Origin: Narcine bancroftii
Lineage: Eukaryota
Length of the DNA stretch: 64,000 nucleotides
Assembly (NCBI RefSeq): GCF_036971445.1
Contig: NC_091474.1
Span: 195,796,001 to 195,860,000 of the forward strand
Reading direction: 5' to 3'
Shown here: piece by piece, positions 39,534 through 51,780 of the stretch
Numbering within the stretch: position 1 is the first letter of the stretch
Layout: each line of letters begins with the position of its first letter
Notes under the pieces: generated by a model
Databases searched by the model: none
Told to the model about the DNA's origin: nothing
What the model saw: the letters and a program-made list of their open reading frames with translations, nothing else
Position numbers and translations under genes: made by a program

Positions 39534-40398
39534 CAGTGGTTCTCAATCTTTTTCTTTCCACTCACATGCCACTTTAAGTAATCTCTATGCCATTGTACTC
39601 GAGATGGCAGAGGTCGACAGCATCGAGTCCACGCTGCTGAAGATCCAGCTGCGCTGGATGGGTCACGTCTCCAGAATGGAGGACCATCGCCTTCCCAAGA
39701 TTGTGTTATATGGCGAGCTCTCCACTGGCCACCGTGACAGAGGTGCACCAAAGAAAAGGTACAAGGACTGCCTAAAGAAATCTCTTGGTGCCTGCCCCAT
39801 TGACCACCGCCAGTGGGCTGATAACGCCTCAAACCGTGCATCTTGGCGCCTCACAGTTTGGCGGGCAGCAACCTCCTTTGAAGAAGACCGCAGAGCCCAC
39901 CTCACTGACAAAAGGCAAAGGAGGAAGAACCCAACACCCAACCCCAACCAACCAATTTTCCCCTGCAACCGCTGCAACCGTGTCTGCCTGTCCCGCATCG
40001 GACTTGTCAGCCACAAACGAGCCTGCAGCTGACGTGGACTTTTTACCCCCTCCATAAATCTTCGTCCGCGAAGCCAAGCCAAAGAAGATGCCATTGGTGT
40101 TCTGTGATTAGTAAGGGATTGTTTAAGGCGGTATGTGAGTGGGGAGGGAAGGTTGAGATTCACTGCTCTAGATCCAATTGTTACTGAAATACTTTGCTTG
40201 AGAAAAATTGTTATTGGCCCATTTCCTTTGGAGTTATGAAACTGTGCACATAACGAGTCAATTAGGCACGATTAAAACAGTGGTTTTCAAACTTTTTCTT
40301 TGCACCCGCATGCCACCTTCAGAAATCCCTTACTAATCACAGAGCACTTATGGCATAGGGAATACTTAAAGTGGAAAGAAACAGGTTGAGAACCACTG
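39534..40398. mobile_element. Non-autonomous hAT/Charlie-like DNA element
   Basis: TIRs CAGTGGTTCTCAA and TTGAGAACCACTG, plus internal TIR copies near 40152-40165 and 40278-40291. The 8-bp TSD is not clean. Confidence 0.8.
39596..40087 (+). mobile_element. Young RTE LINE, 5'-truncated, 9-bp TSD
   Basis: Open ORF end QLRWMGHVSRMEDHRLPKIVLYGEL..RGAPKKRYKD..CNRCNRVCLSRIGLVSHKRAC, tail GCCAAGCCAAAGAAG, TSD ATGCCATTG (39587-39595 / 40088-40096). Confidence 0.95.
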
Positions 40399-41871
40399 GG
40401 TTAGCACAATGCTATAACAGCACCAGTGTTCAGGGTTCGAATCCGGTGCTCTTTGTAAGGAGTTTGTACGTTTTCCATGCATCTGCTTGAGTTTTCCTCA
40501 CACGTTCCTGTTTCCACCATTCCTAAAAGTATGCAATTAGAGGTTAAATTGGTTGTTAATTCAGTTGCACGGGTTTAAATGGCCTCAATTGGCTTCTACT
40601 GTGTTGTAAATAAAATTTAAAGATATTATTACCTCATCTAATATCGTAGTTATTGCCCTGAATTGAATTACATGGTTAAATATTGGAACCATTATCAAGA
40701 TATAATTCAGTTCAGAACTGTGGTTCATGTCTTGATAGCATTATTACATCATGTACACTTGACAATATCTAACATTAATCCATGTAGCCAATTTTTGAAT
40801 ATTAATTACTCAGGCCAGTACTGCAGCCAATGTCTGAATGTCCTTAACAGACCTGGTGTCTCTGCTAGTGTCAGTAATAGTATTTTGATCCTCACTACTG
40901 TACTATATATCCTGTATAATCCGTTCTGGTCCTTTATCCATATTCGAGTTATCACTTCTGGATCAATGCAACTTTGTTTTTAAAGTAAAATCCTTGGGCC
41001 TAAAGAAGTCATATGAGCCTAAAAGGTAGCCATAGGGCAATAGTAGAAGCTGAAATAAAAAGATCATTGCAACATTCCAGTCAATAGCAACTAATTTGCA
41101 TCAGTCTATTGAACTGTGGAACATTTGAAAGGGAGTAACTTTAACACAGTCATTCAATGCAGCTATAAGCATGATGAAGAAAAATTAATTTGGTACATCA
41201 ATGACATGGACACATCTAAAATAATCTTACGTTTCATAAATTGGAGGTGTTGTCCTTAGACTGAAGCTTGATTGAATAAATTCAACAATGTTTTCAATAC
41301 AGAGTTAAAACAGGAAAGAATCTTCATGTCATAACTTAAACATGGAAAGAGGGTACTTATTTTCTGTCAGCCAGAATGTGCATCTTTTAAAGTCTCGGAT
41401 CAATCAATCTTTTCTTAACTACCGATAATACAGCATGGCCTGTAGTTTTATGTTGCGGTAAGCACACCATATTCTGAGTAAAGCTTCCTTCTTTCACTAC
41501 TCTAGCCTAGTAAATCTGGATGTCCTATTGTTATCATTTCTTTTTGATCTGCCTCATTAAAGAGTACTGATGGAACTCTTGGCCATGTCCAGGCATAGAT
41601 TTATAAGCATTGATCCCTGGGCATGCACAAATTGATAGAACTTGAATGTAAAGCACAATTACCCTCACCTCAACCTCTTGGCTATACTTAACAAACTTTT
41701 ATTCTGTAGTACAACATCAGATGAAAATTGATCACAGTTTGTGACAATGCCAACACTTTGCAGATTCACCACAGAATGAAAATCGAATTCAGTTGATAAC
41801 CGATAATGATAAACTTTTCCAGAGATGGTCCAAATTTAAGATCCATTAAGAAGCTTGAATGGGCAAAACAA

Positions 41872-42403
41872 ATAAAAATATGATGCTGGAGAAACTCAGC
41901 ATGTCAAACAGTATACTTTATACAGCAAAGATAAAGAAATAAATAACCAATGTTTTGGGCTTAAACCTTTAATTGATATGGATTCCCAAACAAAATGGTG
42001 GGAGAGGAGGGTTAGGGGAGGATCATGGAGGGAGGACACACTACCAAACAAGGTGAGGTGAGGGGAGATGGCTCTGTGAATGGACAGGGAGTCGGGTGGA
42101 GAGCTGGAGGAAAGAAGACAGGGATGGAGAAGAGAGAGAGAGAGAATGGGGAGTAGGCTAGCAGAAACGGGAGAAATCAGCGTTAATGTCATCTGGCTGG
42201 AGAGCGCCAAAACCAAAAATTAGGTGTTAATCCTCAAATTTACAGGTGGTCTTGGTTTGACAGTACATGTGACTCTGAACAGGCATTTTCCATGACCCAA
42301 TGAACATTTCTTTGCTATATAAAGTACACTATTTGAACTGCTGAGTTTCCCCACCGTTGAGTTTCAACTTCAACCACAGGGTCTGCAGACTTTCTTATTT
42401 AAC
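41872..42403. mobile_element. Penelope 3' fragment with inverted pLTR
   Basis: Arms GCTGGAGAAACTCAGC..TACTTTATACAGCAAAG and CTTTGCTATATAAAGTACAC..CTGCTGAGTTTC. Degenerate 13-bp TSD ATGGGCAAAACAA / ATGAGCAGAGCAA. Confidence 0.8.
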
Positions 42404-42653
42404 ATGAGCAGAGCAAGCATTAACTAAGGAGTAGGTTGGGGTTGCAGCACATGAAATGAGAATGCAAAAAGAAAAATTAAATTGTGTAATTTGCAATTTT
42501 ATTCAGTTATTTTAGTAAAATAATTGTTGTGACTGAACGGGTCTGGGTAATGAAGATACACAAAAAGATTCTATAAATTGGATTCCATGATGCCAGTAAC
42601 TTCATGAATTTTTCAATCAAATTTCAACTTAACCTAGAGTAGATATAGCTGGA

Positions 42654-42824
42654 ATAAAAACACACAATGCAGGAGAAACTCAACTGGTCAAACAGTGTCC
42701 TTGAAATAGCAAAGGTATAAAAAAACCTTTTCTCTATAAAGGGCACTGTTTGACCAGGTGAGTTCCTCTAGCATTGTGTGTTTTTACTGCAACCATGGTG
42801 TCTTGAGGTTTTCGTGATTTACTT
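42654..42824. mobile_element. Penelope pLTR hairpin with perfect 14-bp TSD
   Basis: ~60-bp inverted arms with a tail on one side. TSD TAGATATAGCTGGA at 42640-42653 and 42825-42838. Confidence 0.88.
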
Positions 42825-43074
42825 TAGATATAGCTGGAGACACTTTCAGGGTAATATGATGCCAGATGTAAAATTAGACTGAGAACTATGATGTTTGGTT
42901 CATATTAGCAAATCTGATGTTTTCCCTACATCAACTGCACATTAAATGACATAATTATTTGTGTAACAGATGTTTCCAGAGATTCCAACACAAATTACAG
43001 CAGAAAGCATCACACAATGACTACTGTAGATTAATATCTGTCAAACCTGTATTACATAATTCCACTTTAAACCC

Positions 43075-43232
43075 ATAATATGCTGGAGGGTCTCCGTGGA
43101 TCAGGGAGTATCCATGGAAGGCAAAGGAGAGTCAACATTTCGAGCCAAAGCCCTTTATCAGGAATGAGTTCTTCTAGCATTTTATGTGTTTCTCCATTTT
43201 TCCAGCATATGCAGCCTTTCTCCTTTACCTCC
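43075..43232. mobile_element. Penelope pLTR hairpin (second family)
   Basis: ATGCTGGAGG..; minus-strand CCTGATAAAGGGCTTTGGCTCGAAATGTTGAC; right arm GAGTTCTTCTAGCAT plus tail. Confidence 0.65.
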
Positions 43233-43964
43233 GTAATGTGATCCATAATGTTGCTTTCCTCAGCAAAACTCTGTTTAAACTATCACATCAGACAGGGCAC
43301 ATACTGAATTAACTGCATACAATTTAAATACTTTATAAACTCCGCAGAGCATGCTATAAATGACATGGAGTGCTGAAGAGTACTGCATTCACAAGCAAAG
43401 AATTTCCCTAATAGTTGTCATTAAGCTTTGTGTGTTCTGCCTGACGATATTTGGCCATATTTTCATGCCTGGGCTCTTTCTCCAGTTCGGGGGTTGAAGG
43501 TGTCATCAAGGTCATGTTGACTCTAAATTTCCCCAGGGGAAGATGTTTAGAAGAAGTCTGGCATTTCACAACTTACTGCTCACAGCTGAGTCAAAGAAGT
43601 CATCACAAAGATGTCAATTCACCACTTTGAAGTGAGTGATGAGCAGGTGGCATCTTGGACACGAGGGTTTCTGCAATATTGGCTTGAAATGGATGTAGTC
43701 AGCCATTGATTATATTTGTTCTCAGAAAACCTCAATAGTTCAGGCTTTTTATAAATAGCGTGGAAGATTCAATTCTCTGCTGGTCATTATGAATCACAGG
43801 AAGTTCCTGTTATGAATGCTATCTTTCTGGAAGCATACAAATTGAGGGAGTGTTCAGCATTATACATTGTTTAATGACACCATTACCTGTAGGCATGACA
43901 CAGGGGTTAAGAAGTCTCCTCTGGTTTCCTGCCTGTTGAGGCCATGCACTCTTCAACAATAATG

Positions 43965-45180
43965 GGGAGGCACATTGCCGTAGTGGTAAGCACAACACAT
44001 TTACAGTGCCAGCAATCAGGACAGGGGTTTGAATCCTGTGCTGCTTGTAAAGAGTTTGTATGTTCTCCCTGTGTCAGTATGGGTTTTCCTTGGGAGCTCC
44101 AGTTTCCTCTCTGACAGAATAAAGAGGTATGTTTTTGGGAGATAAATTAGGAAAGGTTTGTTAGAGTAGGTTACATACAAACGCTTTAAAACAGATCTTA
44201 TTTAAAATAATTGAGTTCAGCTAATGCTAGACACATTGGCCCCACAGCCTTTGCAAGAGCTTTGGAGAGTGCCCAAGAGACTTCACTAATAGATTGTTGT
44301 TTTAAAAAAAGGCAGCAGATGAAAGAGCTTGTCAGAGCCACAGATTGTCTGGAGCTGTTCTAAGAGAGTCAAACAGGATTTTTTCTCTCAGAGAGAGGGA
44401 GAGAGACACAGAGATCAGTTATACAGTGTTAGAGGCAGAAACTGCAGCTGGGACTGGAACAGGACAAGCTGGCAAGCTTGTGGAAAACCCCATTTGGATG
44501 ACAGATTGTGAGTTCTTGGTTCAGCCTGGTCAAAGCCCTTGTGGTTCATGCAAGAGGAGAGGACTGGCTATCTAATGTTTCACTTGGAATAAGAGAAACA
44601 AAAAAGGAACTTTGTGGTGTCCTGAAAGAAAGAAGTTATCATCTGGAGACCCCTGAGGGGCACAAGTTTCGTCAGCAAGACACTGAAGTGGCTGATCAAA
44701 AAGGAATCAGTTCTGGATGTCCTGAAACAACAAATATCTCTCTAAACTGACAATAACCTTCCTGAGCAGTAACCATTTACCTTTCAATCACCAAAGCCTG
44801 GTGAACTTTATAAATGTTAAATTCTGTGCTCAGTATAAGAATTGCCTGCAACCAGTGAACTTGGAGGAATGAGAAGTGAGATTGGACTGTGAAGCAAAAA
44901 AACTTTTCTGAACCTACACACACATTACATTCATGTGCTCTTAGCATTAGAAGGGGATTAAGTTAAGTTAATAATAAATAAGTTAAAGTTTGATTCTGTT
45001 TTCATGTTTAAAGATAATTAAAAGGAACTTTTGTTTAAGTAACCATTTACCTTGGTGCTGGATTTTGGGGTCCTCTATGCTCGTATCACCTCCCACTATT
45101 CAAAACATAAAGGGGATGTAGGTTAATTGGGTGAAATGGCCTGTTACCGTGCTGTATGTCTAAATTTAAAAAAATTTTAA
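43965..45180 (+). mobile_element. V-type tRNA SINE split by a solo LTR
   Basis: A and B boxes (GGTTTGAATCC) and V core ending AGTTTCCTC. The SINE resumes at 45093 with CCAC..GGTTAATTGG..GCTGTATGTCTAAATTT. Confidence 0.85.
44110..45088 (+). mobile_element. Solo LTR (~1 kb family), opposite orientation to the other two
   Basis: Perfect 4-bp TSD CCTC (44106-44109 / 45089-45092). Reverse complement of the 30269-31292 family. Confidence 0.9.
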
Positions 45181-45438
45181 AATAGCTAATGAGCATGGAA
45201 TAATGAAGCACAATTTGTACTAGAAATGATATGGAAAAGGCTACAGGTTTGCTGAAGATTCTACAATACATGTCTGCTTCATGACCTTGTCAATCAACTA
45301 CAGCTTACGTTGCCGAAAGAAGGAGGGAGAAGAGTCCTTAAGACCTGAAGAGCAATAGCAACCAGAGGGAGGGTATTTCCTGCTAATCCCTGCTCAAGAT
45401 TCACAACCTCATCTTCAAACTGAACAGTAGAGACTTCG

Positions 45439-46671
45439 TGTTATGCTCCAAGACAGCAGCAATAGAAATTAGCCCAGACAATGTTATATTTAAAATAATA
45501 TTTTTATTATTAATTACCAATTATATAACACTTTATTTAATTTAGCTAAACTTATCTAAAACTATCTACCTAACCTCCAGCTANNNNNNNNNNNNNNNNN
45601 NNNNNNNNNNNNNNNNNNNNNNNNNNNNNNNNNNNNNNNNNNNNNNNNNNNNNNNNNNNNNNNNNNNNNNNNNNNNNNNNNNNNNNNNNNNNNNNNNNNN
45701 NNNNNNNNNNNNNNNNNNNNNNNNNNNNNNNNNNNNNNNNNNNNNNNNNNNNNNNNNNNNNNNNNNNNNNNNNNNNNNNNNNNNNNNNNNNNNNNNNNNN
45801 NNNNNNNNNNNNNNNNNNNNNNNNNNNNNNNNNNNNNNNNNNNNNNNNNNNNNNNNNNNNNNNNNNNNNNNNNNNNNNNNNNNNNNNNNNNNNNNNNNNN
45901 NNNNNNNNNNNNNNNNNNNNNNNNNNNNNNNNNNNNNNNNNNNNNNNNNNNNNNNNNNNNNNNNNNNNNNNNNNNNNNNNNNNNNNNNNNNNNNNNNNNN
46001 NNNNNNNNNNNNNNNNNNNNNNNNNNNNNNNNNNNNNNNNNNNNNNNNNNTGGGTATGCGTGGTGTGTGTGTGGTGTGTGTGGGTGAGTGTGTGTGTGGG
46101 TGGGTGCGTGTGTGTGTGTGTGCAATACCCAAGCAACGACAGCTCAGGCACAATTCTTGAAAGGCAGTTCAAAGTTCACTTTAAGAAATTCAAAGGTTGA
46201 CAAACAGGTTTTAAATCGATGCAAGACGCAATGAAGTTCACGAGAGACCAGGGTGACAAATGTTTATTAACTCAGAAATTTTTTGTCAAACTGCTTCCAG
46301 AGAAATGTCCTTTTCTTTTAGCCACAGTGGGGTTCAACAATTCCCTTCAGAAATGACTTTTCCTTTGCCACGATGGGATTCAACATGTCCTGTTTTCAAG
46401 GTGATTGTTCCTTTTGTTGGTTTTAGAGTGGTATTCTCATTTCCCTATAACACAGAGAAATCTAACAAATTCTCTATTATTACAGGGGGCCACATCAGCC
46501 CAGCATCCCTTCAAAAGATACTTCCTTAAAATAGCCCCTGAGCAAAACTGAACTGTGTTTGCAACATGCTGGTCACATGGTCTTTTGTGCCGGTGTTCTC
46601 GGGACACTGCCTTGCACCTCTTCAAAAGTATCCAATTTGAGTACACGCTATCCTCGGCCTGCCAGTTCACA
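45439..46671 (-). mobile_element. Possible solo LTR related to the 1-kb family, spanning the gap
   Basis: Start TGTTATG..CAGCAGCAATAGAAATTAGCCCAGACAATG resembles the 1-kb LTR start, with a TG microsatellite at a similar position. TSD not clean. Confidence 0.4.
45584..46050. other. Assembly gap (N run)
   Basis: Run of N, adjacent to a TG-rich microsatellite. Confidence 1.
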
Positions 46672-46754
46672 GTCACCCTCCCCTATTTTGCAGAGCAGGC
46701 AACTTGATTTATTCTCATAAATAAAAATAACTGAAAATACGTCTCAACTGATGA

Positions 46755-46925
46755 ACAAAGAAAGAATTGATGGAGGAGCCCATCAGGTCAAACAGCATAC
46801 TTGGGTAGAAAGGGTCAGTCAACGTTTTCAGGACTGAACCCTTTATCAAGTTGCTGTTGACCTGTTGAGTTCCTCCAGCATCTTTGTTTGCTCAAGATTT
46901 CAGCATCTTCAATGTGTGTGTATTC
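46755..46925. mobile_element. Penelope pLTR hairpin
   Basis: Arms TGGAGGAGC..CAGGTCAAACAGCA and TGCTGTTGACCTGTTGAGTTCCTCCA, flanked by AACTGATGAA / AATTGATGAA. Confidence 0.7.
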
Positions 46926-47358
46926 CTAATTGATGAAACTGTTTTACAGAGTATACTGTAAAAATACAATTTCTCATTGCAAACCAAATGATGTTCCCCA
47001 CACAACAAGTCCACCAATAATCAGCTTGGAAAACGTAGATAACAAATAAAATCTCACATTCTTCTATACAGGTCCACCTGTACTGAATATAACAAATAAA
47101 TAAATGAATTCACTCCAGTTGCTTGTTAACTTAATGCAAGATCTCGTTATTTACTAATTTAATGAACTAAGGACTCCACGTGGAATTTTTTTTTGCTGGG
47201 ATCTTCACTCCAGTTGCAAAGAGTGATGTCCAAGTCACTTCGATGTAGCTTGTGACACAGTGAACTTTTTTAAAACTATCGGTCCATTGTGTAGGGATTC
47301 TCATTCTTGGAGCAAACCATGATAACCCCTTTGGTCGGGCCTTTTATGGTTGGCCGTA

Positions 47359-48560
47359 AGTAAAATGTGAAAATCTGTAAACATCATGGTTGAAGTAAAA
47401 GCACACAATGCTGGAGAAACTCATCTGGTCAAACAGTGTTCTTTATATTCTTTGGCTTGGCTTCGCGGACGAAGATTTATGGAGGGGGTAAATGTCCACG
47501 TCAGCTGCAGGCTCGTTTGTGGCTGACAAGTCCGATGCGGGACAGGCAGACACGGTTGCAGCGGTTGCAGGGGAAAATTGGTTGGTTGGGGTTGGGTGTT
47601 GGGTTTTTCCTCCTTTGCCTTTTGTCAGTGAGGTGGGCTCTGCGGTCTTCTTCAAAGGAGGTTGCTGCCCGCCAAACTGTGAGGCGCCAAGATGCACGGT
47701 TTTAAAAATACACAATCGGCATTTTGGGCTTGAACCCTTCATCAAGATATAACAAAAATGTTAGCAAGCATCTGAGCAAAAGAGTAAGGGTGAAGGTGTG
47801 GTTGCAAATGCAGGAGGTGATAGGTGGAGAAGGGAGGGAGGGGACAACAGCGATCAAGGGGAGGATAGATGGCTAGGTGAAGGGAGGGGGAAGAGAGGGA
47901 GGAGAAATGGAAAAGGGAAAGGGAGGATTGAGGGGAAGAGGAGAGCAGGTTAACAAAAACTGGAAAAGTTGATGTTAATGCGATCTAGCTGGAGAGTGTC
48001 CAGATGGAAAATCAGGTGTTGTTCCTCCAATTTGTGGGTGGTCTTGGTGAGATAGTACACAGGCCATGGACAGATATTTAAGTATGGGAGTGTGATGCAG
48101 AACTAAAATGGTTGGCTACTGGGAAGTCTCTGTCACTGGTGCAGATGGAGCGAAGTTGCTCAGCGAAGCGATCTCCCAATCTGCGCACAGTTTCTCCATG
48201 TAGAGAAGGCCACAAAGGGAGCACCAGATGCAGTAAGTCAGCCCTGTGGATACTCAAGTGAAGTATTGCTTCATTTGAAAAGCCTGTTTGGGTAGGTGTG
48301 GGCACAAATTTTGCACCTCTCACTGCAACAAAGGAAGATGTTGGTGAGGGGGTAGATTGGTGGGGAGGGATGAGTTCATGGAGGCAGCAATCACTAAGGA
48401 AGGCCGAGAGGGAAGGTGTGTCTGGTAGTGGGATCCTGTTGTAAGTACGAGAAATTTCGGAGGATAATGTGTTGAATGTGGAAGCTGGTGGGGTGGTGGA
48501 TGGGGATAAGGGGGATTCCATGTTTGTTGCGTCGGTTGGCCTGTTGGATCTCTTACCATC
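47359..48560 (-). mobile_element. Penelope-like element 3' part (GIY-YIG endonuclease, pLTR, tail) with RTE insert
   Basis: LHGETVRRLGDRFAEQLRSI..FPVANHFSSASHSHT on the minus strand; pLTR and tail at 47359-47447 and 47703-47750. Confidence 0.9.
47448..47702 (-). mobile_element. Young RTE 3' end inserted in a Penelope pLTR
   Basis: Almost identical to the reverse complement of 39832-40086. Confidence 0.95.
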
Positions 48561-50684
48561 TCTCCTTAATGCTCAGGTTTTTATGCTTATCAGAATTTAC
48601 AGTCACTTCAAATAAGTGAGGAAGATATCTGTCACTCTTCTGCAGTCTCTCTCTTCTCTAGGTGTATTGGGCTGCTCTGTTCTATGTGCTATTATAGTTA
48701 ACACCCTTTCCTGACTGCTGCACAGCTAAATGTTAGATTATGCAACGATGTGGATGACCTCTCAATGGGAATTGTCCAGATCACATTTTAGTGCTGCTTT
48801 GTGGGTATAAACCCTCGGAACAACATACCAAATTGGATTTTAGTATTCTTTTTTGTAGGGGATCGAAATTGAGCAGTTGCGTTAAAACCATCATGCTGTA
48901 GTACGACAAAAATGGGCGCCACCTCATTTCTATCAACAATTTATGCAAATTACATGTTTGTAAATGGTTACATTTAAACTGAAAACATTTAAAATTCCAT
49001 TCTGCCTTTAGGTGCTTTCAGTTTCTAATGACATATTTTGGACATTTGCATGTGCACAGTTATGAGCCTCCACATTGGCACATAAATGATATGCATTATA
49101 ATTGTGTTGTTTGCTTTGGCTTTTTAACACTAATTCTGTATTTCATTACTTCCAGGCTCAAATATATCAAAGCTCTCCATAAATTTCAGCTTATCTAAAA
49201 CCCTTTCACTATGTAAGGACTTCGTACATTCTCCCATGTTCCAAAGACATATGGGATTAGAAGATTTAAGTGGTGTAGGCTTCTCTTCTTCCTGATACAA
49301 TAGCATTGAGTTCTTCAACTTTTCCCATATAAAACTATTCTGGTACATAAACCCCATGATGTTTCCACCTCTCACTATCTCTGTAACTCTGCACACTTCT
49401 TTAACCATCCATTTCTCCCTATTCCAAGCTCCAGCTTTGGCCCTTCCTTTGCCCTAATTTGGAAAGCCTGCCTTTAGTAGCTCTGGCCCGTTGCTCCGAA
49501 ATTCCTAGCTAAAACATATATAATTGATTGAACTTTTCGTCAGCTCTCCTGTAAACTTTAATTAAATGAGCTTTGTTTTTAATTGCGTTTCTGTGTAATC
49601 CCTTTGAAAATGTTCTTCTGTGCTAAAAACATAGCACAGATGCAGGTTTTTATTGTTGCAGTTATGCTTTATATGTGTATATATGTGAAGTTATCTAAGA
49701 GTCTTAATTACTTACTTTTTTTTTGTCTTTTGTGTTGTCCCCAAGGCTTCCTAAATTGTATCCCAAAATTGAGCACTTATTTCGAAGTTAAACACTCACT
49801 GTAGATAATGTGACTAGTTACAGCACTTACAGTTTACATTAATAGCATTCTTGATGTTGCATATTATACCATTTGAACACATGGACATATCATCAAATAA
49901 GCCTCAGTGGTGTTCGACGTGAATATGGTAAAATTGCTACACTCCTCAAAGAAGTTAATGCTATCTCCTGTCTCCGGTTTAAAATGGTCCTTCCAATCCA
50001 TCTTTGTGTGGAAGCAATTATAATTTATAATTTTCATTGTCCTGCAATTTAGGCTCATGTAAAGTACTTATGGCTAATTTATTATCCTTTTAAAATTTAC
50101 AAGGTGAAGATTGATTGCAATTATTTCTGGAATCATTATTCTGTCAGCCAAAAGAATATTGAGTCCAATATTTGCTAACCTCATCCAAAAGTTTTCAGAA
50201 AAAGCTAAATGACGATGTTCCTAAGGAATCCAACGGTTCTTTCTTTTGTCTTCCCCTAAGGTGGTTGTGGCTGAAAAGAGCAAGACCCTGGTAATTAGAG
50301 CAGGATCCATGTACACTCTATCATCTTCAAAGTTTAAGAGCAAATGTCCAGAAAAGATTACTCTTTGTCTTAAAACATCGGGTCTGAGATCAGGAAGAGG
50401 ACATTTCCAGATATAGGATTCCTTTGCCTCTACCCTGCAGAATTTACCCTGCTCCACATTATTCTCTACCTGGTCAACTTCGAAGAGTGTCAATTCTTAC
50501 CACTCAGTTTTAATCTGGGAGAGCCTGTTCTCATGCTGATCCTGGATTCTTAAGCATTTAGGAACCAGCAATACTTTTATTGAAAAAGAAAGTGTTCTCA
50601 TGCCATTGTGGAGCAATGTGAAAAGAAGGTTAATTTGCGTCTGTTGGAAAACTTGCACAATAATCCTCTGCAACGACAAAAAAT

Positions 50685-51780
50685 GCCATTCACCAGGTTG
50701 ATTCCAGAAATGAAGGAGTTGTTTTATGAGATGAGTTACCAGAATACTCACTAGAATTCATAAGAAGAAATCTGATAGAAACAAAAAATTATAAAAAGTC
50801 TCAATAAAATAACATAGAGGCTGAAAAGTTGTTTCTGCAGGTAGGTGGGACTAGAACGAGGGGACATAGCCTCAAGATTCAGGGAGTACATTTAAGACAG
50901 AAATTAGGAGAATCTGCTTTTCTGGAGAGTAGTGAAAATGTGGAATTCTCTGCTCAAGGAAGCAGCAGAAGTTGCCTTCTTAAGTATACTGTATATTTTG
51001 GCATATAAGTCGACTATCAGATTGGTCAAACCCCCCCCCCCCTCCTTTTTAGCCTAATTTTAATGGTTTTTGTGAAATATTGGGTGTATAAGTCAACCCC
51101 TCATTTTTGGGCTGACTGGGTCTCCCAGCAACAGCCCAAAATTTGTTAAAACCCCCGAATCACCAAGTGACAAAGCTGTAAAAAAAACCTTGTTCTCCCC
51201 AGTAGGAGTGACAACATTGTACTCCTGGTGGGAGCAGGAATCTCGGACCTACATCACAGGAGTGGTGACCTCGTTTTCTCAAGCAGAAGTGACGACCTCG
51301 GCCTACATGGCAGGAGTGGGAACCTCGGCCAAGAAGGAGCGAGCACCTCAGGCTCTACAATTGTAGAATGTCTGGGCCGATTATGGTGGCGCCCGGCAGT
51401 GGGGAGATGCCGAGGACTGGCAGTGCTAATGGTGAGGAGATGCTTCCAGAGTAGACTAATACACCAAATCAGAACTTCCATGGCTGATTTATAAGCCAAA
51501 TCAGAGCCAAACAGTTTTTGACCTGAATTTAAGGTCTCAAAAGTATAACTGGCATATAAGTAGACCCAATTTTTGAGTGTTTCCGGACTCAAATTATTTG
51601 CTGAAATATACAGTATTTAGGACACAGTTCTATATATTTTTGCATAATGGAGCAGTTAAGAGTAAAAGGGAATAGATAGGCAAGTGGAGCTGAGTTCACA
51701 GCCAGCTCAGCCATGATCTTGTTAAATGGTGGAGGAAGTTTGATGGGCTGGATGGCCTACTCCTGTTCCTATTTCTTGCC
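50685..51780 (+). mobile_element. CR1 3' fragment split by a TA-specific MITE
   Basis: TTCACCAGGTTGATTCC..AGAACGAGGGGACATAGCCTCAAGATTC; 3'UTR GGCCTACTCCTGTTCCTATTTCTT as at 16743-16770. Confidence 0.85.
50989..51613. mobile_element. Tc1/mariner-superfamily (Tc2-like) non-autonomous element
   Basis: TIRs CTGTATATTTTGGC and GCTGAAATATACAG, TA TSD (50987-50988 / 51614-51615), repeated TATAAGTCGAC-type subterminal motifs. Removing it restores the CR1. Confidence 0.85.

Larger units (their letters stand above)
39510..40620 (+). mobile_element. V-type tRNA SINE split by a hAT MITE
   Basis: Head AGCACAGTTAGTGTA at 39511 resumes at 40399 with GGTTAGCACAATGCT..B box GGTTCGAATCC..GTAAGGAGTTTGTACG. 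Confidence 0.7.

Noticed and set aside
47214-47361. Candidate exon ending in a GTAAGT donor
   Set aside because: The donor overlaps the end of a Penelope tail, and all frames from the best acceptor contain stops
49125-49425. 92-aa minus-strand ORF with faint resemblance to L1 ORF2
   Set aside because: Too degenerate to assign by eye
50236-50296. Possible 30-nt microexon (polypyrimidine-AG, VVVAEKSKTL, GTAATT)
   Set aside because: Weak donor and no homology or expression evidence. Such matches are expected by chance in 64 kb.
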